Positions 21,625 through 28,395 of a stretch of DNA of 32,000 bases are shown here, in pieces. Below the pieces are notes generated by a model. It worked only from the letters and a program-made list of their open reading frames with translations, made no database searches and had not been told where the DNA came from. The DNA is from Acinetobacter wanghuae (GTDB taxonomy: Bacteria > Pseudomonadota > Gammaproteobacteria > Pseudomonadales > Moraxellaceae): the NCBI RefSeq assembly GCF_009557235.1, contig NZ_CP045650.1, positions 1,680,001 to 1,712,000 of the forward strand. Reading direction: 5' to 3'. The position numbers were made by a program, and so were the translations under genes. The stretch's first letter is position 1; the number at the start of each line of letters is the position of its first letter.

Positions 21625-21701
21625 TTTTTATACTACTATTATTTCATTAATTTCAATTACATAATTATTTTTATACTAGTTTAGTTTTTTATACTAGTTT
21701 A
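21625..21701 (-). promoter_or_regulatory. Three copies of TAGTATAAAAA (minus-strand orientation) upstream of the AlpA-like gene. Two are a perfect 16-bp direct repeat. Candidate operator/promoter.
   Basis: tttttatactagttta at 21668-21683 and 21686-21701, and tttttatacta at 21625-21635. Each full copy contains the palindrome ACTAGT. Confidence 0.4.
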
Positions 21702-22387
21702 TTTATAGCACCCATCTTTCTGACTTCATCCCAACGGTTTTTAAAAGTGATCCTATTAGATTCGAAGTATTTATGATAATCACTTGAATCTAATTTCTCA
21801 AAAACTGCATTTTTCAATCCCTTACTACCTCTTCCTTCTTTATTAAGAATTTCTATTTCATCTTGACTGAAACTTGATAGGATTAATTGAATAATCCTTC
21901 TAGCCTCTGCGACCTGCTCTTTCTTATTTGAAATCGATAAATCTCTCTCAACTAAATTCAAGTCCCTAGCTAACTTATTCAAATGACGATATTGAATAAA
22001 ATAAAGACTCATATGAGTCATAAGTAAATTCCATTCTGATAAGAACGATATTTTCTTATAATCATATTTATCAATATCATTCAAAAACTCATCGCTATCG
22101 ATTTCTCCGAGAGTTTCAAAAGCTATCTTGAATGAACTTTTAGGCCGTTTTAGCTCACTTCTAATTTTTATCAATATTGTGATATACATTTTTGTTAGAT
22201 CTTTTTCTTTTATTGAATTCAAGCCTTCTAATTCATTAATATGAAGCATATGAGATGCAATTAAACAAATTGCCTCCTGAAGTGAGTAAAGTACTTGCCT
22301 TTTTCCTCGAATTTCCAAAATTTTTCTTTTATGTGATTCTAAAATCTGACCAGATTGATGTATTGAATCAAGTAATTCATTAAACAT
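21689..22387 (-). CDS. Hypothetical protein, 232 aa, predicted helical, no recognisable motifs
   Basis: Long ORF in an AT-rich island with AGGA ~13 nt upstream of the ATG. No family recognised. Confidence 0.55.
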   Translation of the reverse strand: MFNELLDSIHQSGQILESHKRKILEIRGKRQVLYSLQEAICLIASHMLHINELEGLNSIKEKDLTKMYITILIKIRSELKRPKSSFKIAFETLGEIDSDEFLNDIDKYDYKKISFLSEWNLLMTHMSLYFIQYRHLNKLARDLNLVERDLSISNKKEQVAEARRIIQLILSSFSQDEIEILNKEGRGSKGLKNAVFEKLDSSDYHKYFESNRITFKNRWDEVRKMGAINKLV

Positions 22388-22401
22388 AATAATTAGTATC
22401 C

Positions 22402-22423
22402 TGCTACCTATTTGCTACCTATT
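22402..22423. repeat. Perfect tandem 11-bp repeat TGCTACCTATT x2, between the terminator and the RBS of the 232-aa gene
   Basis: Read directly at 22402-22412 and 22413-22423. Confidence 0.8.
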
Positions 22424-22438
22424 ATTTTTTTATTAAAA

Positions 22439-22469
22439 AACCCCTTAGGATAAAAACTCCTAAGGGGTT
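22439..22469 (-). terminator. Rho-independent terminator immediately 3' of the tRNA fragment
   Basis: CCCCTTAGGA (22441-22450) pairs with TCCTAAGGGG (22458-22467) around a 7-nt loop. The stem is followed by a T-run on the minus strand. Confidence 0.75.
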
Positions 22470-22477
22470 GATTTATT

Positions 22478-22522
22478 TGGTGGGCCCACACAGACTTGAA
22501 CTGTGGACCAACGGATTATGAG
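22478..22522 (-). pseudogene. 3' 45 nt of a tRNA with a CAU anticodon (Met, or Ile2-lysidine type) lacking its 5' half. Recombination att core of the integrase.
   Basis: Minus strand reads CTCATAA-TCCGT-TGGTC-CACAG-TTCAAGT-CTGTG-TGGGCCC-A-CCA: anticodon loop, 3' anticodon stem, variable loop, T arm, acceptor 3' strand and CCA. The upstream TAGAA cannot pair with TCCGT, and no GGGCCCA 5' acceptor is present. Confidence 0.8.
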
Positions 22523-22674
22523 TTCTACAACCTACACAATGACACACAAGAAAAAAATCAAATATATTTTTATATACAATAAGATACGAAACCGTATTTT
22601 TCAACCATTGGCCTTTAAAGTTGATTATAGTATCTTAAATATGCTTACTAATTGCTTATTTTTTTGGTATCTAT

Positions 22675-23919
22675 ATGAATTTTACAAAACCAGCAATTGA
22701 AAAACTAGAATGCCGATCTGACTCAAAGCCTTCTTTCTATTGGGATAGCTCTACCAGTGGTTTTGGGGTAAAAGTAACCCCAAACAATAAAAAGACATAT
22801 ATCTTTCAGGGACGTGTAGGGTCTACAACACGACGTATAACTATTGGGAATATTAAAGATTGGCGACTAACTGAAGCTCGTGAAAAAGCTAAAGAGCTTG
22901 CTGTAATGTGTACGCAAGGGATCGACCCCAAAGTTGAAAAAAATAAACGCATTCAATCAGACCAAGAATATCTTAAGACTGAAAAACGAAAAGAAACTTT
23001 ATTCAAAGAAGCTTGGAATATTTATCTTGAAGAAAATAAAGAAAGATGGAGAGAACGCACCTACCTCGATCATTTATTACTATCAAAAGGTGGATTTGAT
23101 GAAATCAAAAAATTTCACTATAAACCTCAGCCTATTTTTGAATTATTAGAAAAAAGGTTATCAGATCTTGATAACAACTTTTTTTCTGAATGGCTTCAGA
23201 ATAATAATTACCGAGAAACTACAGCTAGTAAAGCTTTCCGTCTCGTTAGAGCCTTTTTAAATTGGTGTGAAGAAGATGATAGATTCCAAGGAATAGCACC
23301 TACAAATGCAATTAAATCTAAAAAAGTAAGATCCAAAGTAAAGCCAGTTCAAGCAAGAAAAGATTGCCTCCTAAGAGAACAGTTAGACATATGGTTCTCT
23401 ACCGTTCTCAATTCTCAAAATAAGGCCTTGGCTACATTTTATATTTGTTGTCTATTAACTGGGGCCAGAAAAGATGAGTTTCTATCACTTACATGGGAAG
23501 ACTTAGATTTTAGGTGGAAAACGATCCATCTGAAGGATAAAGTTGAAGATAATGGGCGTATTATACCTATGACCAAATACGTAGAAAAATTACTACGTGA
23601 CTTAAAAAAAACCAGCGATTCATCTTATATATTTAGCAGTAATACCTCTGCGACGGGATACATCGTTAATCCTTACAAAGAGTTTAAGAAAATCTGTAAT
23701 GAAATAGATATTCAGCTAACAATACATGGTCTTAGACGTTCATTTAAATCATTGGCAGAATGGGTAGATATTCCTGTAGGTGTCACTGCACAAATATCTG
23801 GACATAAACCAAGTGCTTTAGCTGAAAAGCACTATACCGTTCGCCCCATGGATATGTTGCGAGGGCATCTACAGAAGTATGAAAACTGGGTATTAGAACA
23901 AGCTAAAATTAGTTTTTAA
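22675..23919 (+). CDS. int: P4-type tyrosine integrase
   Basis: 414 aa. N-terminal arm-binding (DUF4102-like) pattern SGFGVKVTPNNKKTYIFQGRVG...LTEAREKAKE. Catalytic residues TGARKDE (R), HGLRRS (HxxR), GH and Y in EKHYT. It lies adjacent to the tRNA fragment. Confidence 0.9.
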   Translation: MNFTKPAIEKLECRSDSKPSFYWDSSTSGFGVKVTPNNKKTYIFQGRVGSTTRRITIGNIKDWRLTEAREKAKELAVMCTQGIDPKVEKNKRIQSDQEYLKTEKRKETLFKEAWNIYLEENKERWRERTYLDHLLLSKGGFDEIKKFHYKPQPIFELLEKRLSDLDNNFFSEWLQNNNYRETTASKAFRLVRAFLNWCEEDDRFQGIAPTNAIKSKKVRSKVKPVQARKDCLLREQLDIWFSTVLNSQNKALATFYICCLLTGARKDEFLSLTWEDLDFRWKTIHLKDKVEDNGRIIPMTKYVEKLLRDLKKTSDSSYIFSSNTSATGYIVNPYKEFKKICNEIDIQLTIHGLRRSFKSLAEWVDIPVGVTAQISGHKPSALAEKHYTVRPMDMLRGHLQKYENWVLEQAKISF

Positions 23920-24014
23920 AAATTAAACTCCATTCTCTCAGAGGAAGAAAATCTTGCATTTCTATATTCTTCGATTCATAGCAATTTCGCTATGCACGCG
24001 AAGGATAATACTTC

Positions 24015-24122
24015 ATGCACATTCAATACAACCGCCCACCATCATCCCATCCTGGCCCTGGTGGCAATTGGCCAAGTACAACAGGTCGCCCATCAGGTGG
24101 TGGTCGTGGTAATGCCAAATAA
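24015..24122 (+). CDS. Possible 35-aa Gly/Pro/Ser-rich micro-ORF (MHIQYNRPPSSHPGPGGNWPSTTGRPSGGGRGNAK) in a ~61% GC patch
   Basis: ATG at 24015 with AAGGA 9-10 nt upstream, and TAA at 24120. The local GC spike sits in ~30-35% GC surroundings. It could instead be a structured RNA. Confidence 0.3.
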   Translation: MHIQYNRPPSSHPGPGGNWPSTTGRPSGGGRGNAK

Positions 24123-24125
24123 TCA

Positions 24126-24147
24126 TTAAGGGGAGCAATCCCCTTAA
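24126..24147 (+). other. Stable hairpin: 9-bp stem TTAAGGGGA/TCCCCTTAA with a GCAA tetraloop, no T-tract
   Basis: Read directly. It lies between the micro-ORF stop and the ATG of the 75-aa gene. Confidence 0.6.
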
Positions 24148-24160
24148 TCCAGGATTACCG

Positions 24161-24388
24161 ATGAAAAAGTACAGTAATGACAAAGAGCTGAACAAATTTA
24201 TTCGGCAACTTATTAAGGATGGTGTCGCATCTTTTAGACCTGGTAAAAAACATGATTTTTTGCTTGTAAACCAAATACAGAAGATTACGATACCAGGTAC
24301 ACCTAGTGACCGAAAAGCCTATTTAAACTTTAAGACAGATATACGCAGAGCTTTACAATGCCAAAGAATACCTTTCCAACAACTATAG
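24161..24388 (+). CDS. 75-aa protein with a HicA/YcfA-like pattern (tentative)
   Basis: Helix KELNKFIRQLIKDGV, then GKKHDFLLV, KITIPGTPSD and the YLNFKTDIRRAL helix, mirroring the HicA layout (helix, GSHxxF strand, TVPxH strand, helix). By-eye comparison only. Confidence 0.35.
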   Translation: MKKYSNDKELNKFIRQLIKDGVASFRPGKKHDFLLVNQIQKITIPGTPSDRKAYLNFKTDIRRALQCQRIPFQQL

Positions 24389-26625
24389 AAATTGTTCGTG
24401 ATTTATTTAGTCACATGGATACCAAGAGCCAACTCTCGGAGACAGACTCTAAACACTTAGATGGTTCATCAAACAAACTATTCACTTCACACTATGATGT
24501 AGACTTATTTTTGGAGCAGTTGTGCCCAAAAGAGTTTTCAGAACGTACAAATTTGCAATTTATAACATTGCTTAAACGCAATGTGTTAGAGCGTTATAAT
24601 GCAATGCTATTACATGCTCGCTTAACTGCCTTGATGAATGTTGATTCTATCCGAAATTCACTATGGTCGAATTACTTAGTTCCATCTCTTCATCAACTCA
24701 TAAGCTTTTGTATTACACAAATGGGGATCACTAAGCACTGGAAAGGAGAAAACTTTATTCAAGAAAGCTTAAGCTATCTAAAAAATAATGATGAAAACTT
24801 TGCTAATTTTTGGAAAAGTGATGATTTAAATCCTGATGAGAAAAATTACATCAGCAAATTTGGTCGTCCAGATGCCTTACCTACGCCGTCGACCTTAAAA
24901 CGCCTATTTTTGACCAATACGGAATCATCGCAGACGCATTATGAATTGTTGTGTTTTGCACGCTTGCTACAAGCCTTAAAAATTAAATATGGGTTCTCAT
25001 TGCAACATGGAAACTTTATTCAGTTTTTAGCGGAACAACATAATCAAAAATTGAAATCACACCGTATTTCGGAACACGATATACAAGCATTGACATTTAG
25101 AGCCATGGCTATTGCCAATGCACAAACACATTTTCCTTTTCTGATGGAGATCCCATTTTCATATCAGAAGTTAACTCAGGTGTTTTTTGATAGCACGCAC
25201 GTCAAACGTATTGATCAAACTGATACTCGTTTAGCATCAATGGTATATAGCTCAACAGGTGAAACAACGTTTCAACTAAATATATTGATGATAAACCAAA
25301 TCGAAAAGTACCTTACCGAGCACCAAGAAGTAGCTCACTTACTGCCATATATTCATTGGGCTAAAGCGATTAATTTGGTATATCAATATCAATTTAAGGA
25401 AGCACTCGCTGAATATGAACTATGCTTGGATGGTTTATTATATCGTGATATGCGTTATTTAGAAGTACTACTAAATGAGATGCTTTGCACTGCTTCACTC
25501 GTGGAGAGCCAAAACAAACTCATTGGAAAGATTTCAAATTTAGCGATCCAATTTGACCTCAAAGTTGGAATATTTGATCCAATTGAGCGCCCTGACCGTT
25601 TCAAAACAGAATTTGTATTTAAAGAATGGGAAAAAGAAGCAACCCTAGTTGGCTTCTTTAAATATTTTACTGCCGATACTTTTAGCGACAAAGGTACCGA
25701 AATTAAGAAATTAATTCCTAAAATCGGCAACCTTACAGTTCCCATGGATATTAGCCCTGACTTTAAAAAAGTGAATGCAAGCATTTACATTGATATTGAA
25801 CAAAGACGTAAATGGCCTCAACTTCACTACTTTGTCGCTATCGGAGATTTTTCTACGGCTAGAAAGCTCATTGAAGCTGGTGCAAACATAAATGCATTAA
25901 CTTCAAATAAAGAAAGTATTGTACTTTTGGCATTGAACCACATTGCCGCTAAATCCGATGGAACGTACGCATTCATCCAATATGTATTCGAATGTGGTTT
26001 TGATAAAGAACTTTTAAATGAGCGTACAGCGAAAAAGCAGACTTGCCCTTTAAACCACGCTATTGAGGAAAATCTACCAAAACTTGCAAAATTGTTATTA
26101 GAGAATGAGGCTAATCCTAATGTTACAGGTCTCTATGGTATTTCCATGCTTTACCAGAATTTAGGTGTGATCGGCCTATTGAATGGTCATAAAGTTGAGC
26201 AAGCAAATGATAAATATCTTGCAGATTCGATTAGACGTCATTCTAACGGTGGTAGCGATATTGAAAGTTATAAGCAACTCCAGAGCCTACCAAGCCATGA
26301 GCCTAGAAAGGTATTATTTGAGGAGGTGAAGCGAATCTCTCTTGGAGACAAGAAGGTTTGCGATGCCTACGAGATTTTCGAGTTACTTTTACAATATGGT
26401 GCCGATCCAAATCAAAATACAGCTCAGTATCCAATAAAAGGCTATACACCCTTCATGCTAGCTGTTGAAAAAGATAATGCTTATGCTGTCGATCTTATGC
26501 TCAAGCATGGGGCTCAATTGGAACAAAGCTATGTAAAAGCAGATGAAGGACGTCGTGTGTTTTTACAGGAAATAGCTGAGTATTCTAAAGCTAATCAAGT
26601 TAAAACATTAATTGGAATTTGTTAA
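24358..26625 (+). CDS. 755-aa protein: unknown helical N-terminal ~480 aa plus C-terminal ankyrin repeats
   Basis: Ankyrin-like units: LHYFVAIGDFSTARKLIEAGANINA, PLNHAIEENLPKLAKLLLENEANPN and YTPFMLAVEKDNAYAVDLMLKHGAQLE. It overlaps the 75-aa ORF by 31 nt. The start is uncertain, with an alternative ATG near 24415. Confidence 0.7.
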   Translation: MPKNTFPTTIEIVRDLFSHMDTKSQLSETDSKHLDGSSNKLFTSHYDVDLFLEQLCPKEFSERTNLQFITLLKRNVLERYNAMLLHARLTALMNVDSIRNSLWSNYLVPSLHQLISFCITQMGITKHWKGENFIQESLSYLKNNDENFANFWKSDDLNPDEKNYISKFGRPDALPTPSTLKRLFLTNTESSQTHYELLCFARLLQALKIKYGFSLQHGNFIQFLAEQHNQKLKSHRISEHDIQALTFRAMAIANAQTHFPFLMEIPFSYQKLTQVFFDSTHVKRIDQTDTRLASMVYSSTGETTFQLNILMINQIEKYLTEHQEVAHLLPYIHWAKAINLVYQYQFKEALAEYELCLDGLLYRDMRYLEVLLNEMLCTASLVESQNKLIGKISNLAIQFDLKVGIFDPIERPDRFKTEFVFKEWEKEATLVGFFKYFTADTFSDKGTEIKKLIPKIGNLTVPMDISPDFKKVNASIYIDIEQRRKWPQLHYFVAIGDFSTARKLIEAGANINALTSNKESIVLLALNHIAAKSDGTYAFIQYVFECGFDKELLNERTAKKQTCPLNHAIEENLPKLAKLLLENEANPNVTGLYGISMLYQNLGVIGLLNGHKVEQANDKYLADSIRRHSNGGSDIESYKQLQSLPSHEPRKVLFEEVKRISLGDKKVCDAYEIFELLLQYGADPNQNTAQYPIKGYTPFMLAVEKDNAYAVDLMLKHGAQLEQSYVKADEGRRVFLQEIAEYSKANQVKTLIGIC

Positions 26626-26635
26626 AATAAGTCTC

Positions 26636-26661
26636 CCCCCTTTAGCTTAAACTTAAGGGGG
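26636..26661. terminator. Hairpin between convergent genes (CCCCCTTTAG / CTTAAGGGGG, one mismatch)
   Basis: Read directly. It sits between the stop of the ankyrin gene and the stop of the 476-aa gene. There is no strong T-tract. Confidence 0.45.
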
Positions 26662-26736
26662 CATTTAGTAAAAAAACTATCATTTTTTACTATCCTTATA
26701 AAACATTCTCACATCACACAATCAACTAATTAAAGT

Positions 26737-28167
26737 TTACTTTTTCAATTTATTGATCTCTCTACTAAAAGTTGATCCAGGTAATCTTAGAAAATGATCA
26801 ACCTGAAAATACATATCCTCTAACCATTTTAAATTTTCATCTGGTTTGTCATGTCTATATTTCCTAACCATAGTTTGAAAAATTTGCTGTGCTAAGCGTT
26901 CATTTTTATTTTTATCTAAATTTTCCATAGTTTTTAAGACTATTTCTAAATAATAAGTTTTTTGGCGTGTATCTATATTATTAGATTGAAGGATTTTTCT
27001 TGTTAAACAACCTAAACAATAACTTGCCTCTTCTACTGCTAATATACTCTTATCGCTATCATATAAATAATTTGAAGCAATAACCCAATCAGAACAATTA
27101 GACACTATATTGTAGACTAGGTAATCAAATTTTAATGGGAACTCTTGCCAAACTTCTGAATTTTGACTTCTGTCAATATTTAGCAAAATCTCGTCAAGAA
27201 AATATTCATAATACATCAACCACATGTGATCATCTATTTTGTTGTATATAGCACTTTTAACCATTACATCAAAAAATTGCAACCCTACAAAGATTGGACA
27301 TTCCCATGGCTCATCTGTGTAACTGAAAGATTCACAATAATTATTATAAAAATTATCTTTCCCTTTTTGGTCTTTTATAAAAGCACATATATAATCTCCT
27401 ATAGGTTTCCAAATATTAGCTTTTACAGCATTTTTAGGATTAGAGAAATAATAATCCAATATAACATTTTCTGGCTCTATACGATAACCAGTTGAATACA
27501 TGAAATGTTGATTATCCTTGAGTTCTCGATATAGTTGACTATTTTCTTTAGCGATAAGATTCTTAAAAAAGTTATCTGTAAACTCATCGATGCGCAACAA
27601 AATTGGGCTAGAAGTTAATTTAAGTGGAATTTGAGGATGTATTTCTACTAAATAAATCATGAATCCTGATGATTTAACTATTTTCTCGATCGATTTATAA
27701 ACTATAGGTTTATAGCCAATTTCTCTAGGTAGAACCGACAAGACCTTTTTTAATAAGTAAAATTTTATTTTACGACACTTTCCAATTTTAATTGGAGGAA
27801 ATTTAAGCATCTCATCAATACTTGGCATTGATTTTTCTTGAATATAGTTATAAAAATTTTCGTATATTGTTACCTTATTAATAATCTTGATAAATTGGTC
27901 TAAATATTTTTCAATCAAATAGCTTAAGATATGATATTTTCTTTCTCTCAATAAACGAGACGACAATTCACTCCATTTTCTATATTGGCTTTTAGGCAAT
28001 CTTTTTCCAAAAATTTTATAACTAAAACCTACTATCATTAAAATAACAAATGTTAATACAGTAGTTTTCTCATCAAAACCCCATAAATATGTAAACGGTT
28101 TAAATCCGAAAACAGTAATTATAATGCTTGAGTAGATTAAAACTAACGCCATTAAAATTAAAAACAA
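26737..28167 (-). CDS. Very AT-rich membrane-anchored protein of unknown function. 476 aa as drawn, possibly extended to 28288 if a frameshift is corrected.
   Basis: N-terminal hydrophobic helices (LILMALVLIYSSIIITVFGF, TTVLTFVILMIVGFSY) followed by a ~400-aa soluble region with no recognised motifs. The drawn start is TTG. The upstream ORF 28100-28288 encodes another TM helix one frame away. Confidence 0.6.
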   Translation of the reverse strand: MFLILMALVLIYSSIIITVFGFKPFTYLWGFDEKTTVLTFVILMIVGFSYKIFGKRLPKSQYRKWSELSSRLLRERKYHILSYLIEKYLDQFIKIINKVTIYENFYNYIQEKSMPSIDEMLKFPPIKIGKCRKIKFYLLKKVLSVLPREIGYKPIVYKSIEKIVKSSGFMIYLVEIHPQIPLKLTSSPILLRIDEFTDNFFKNLIAKENSQLYRELKDNQHFMYSTGYRIEPENVILDYYFSNPKNAVKANIWKPIGDYICAFIKDQKGKDNFYNNYCESFSYTDEPWECPIFVGLQFFDVMVKSAIYNKIDDHMWLMYYEYFLDEILLNIDRSQNSEVWQEFPLKFDYLVYNIVSNCSDWVIASNYLYDSDKSILAVEEASYCLGCLTRKILQSNNIDTRQKTYYLEIVLKTMENLDKNKNERLAQQIFQTMVRKYRHDKPDENLKWLEDMYFQVDHFLRLPGSTFSREINKLKK

Positions 28168-28395
28168 AAAATATAACCAAAAAAAAAATAGAGGCTCTAA
28201 TAAAAAAATCTTGTCTTTTTTCTTCAGACATCAATGTAATTATCGCCACAAAAATCCCTAATACTGTAAATAATCCACTAGCATCCATATTTAAAATCTT
28301 AAAATTAAATCAATAAACTTAAAAAAAATTAATTTGCATATAAAATGATTCAGAACCAGCCCAAATTATATGATTTTTAGGTCAACTTCATATTC

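Noticed and set aside
22478-22560. A complete tRNA gene on the minus strand
   Set aside because: The sequence 5' of the anticodon loop (TAGAA) cannot pair with the 3' anticodon stem (TCCGT). There is no D-arm and no GGGCCCA acceptor 5' strand. Only a 45-nt 3' fragment is tRNA-like.
22503-22700. 65-aa plus-strand ORF overlapping the tRNA fragment and the integrase start
   Set aside because: It is low-complexity and AT-rich, spans the att core and the integrase promoter region, and has no support.
24013-24195. 60-aa minus-strand ORF antisense to the GC-rich patch and the start of the 75-aa gene
   Set aside because: It has no RBS and an odd composition, and it overlaps a better-supported plus-strand arrangement. 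It was kept only as an alternative reading of the GC-rich patch.
25800-25830. HEPN-like Rx5H motif (RKWPQLH) in the 755-aa protein
   Set aside because: The histidine belongs to the LHxA signature that starts an ankyrin repeat. There is no second HEPN feature or helical context to support a nuclease call.
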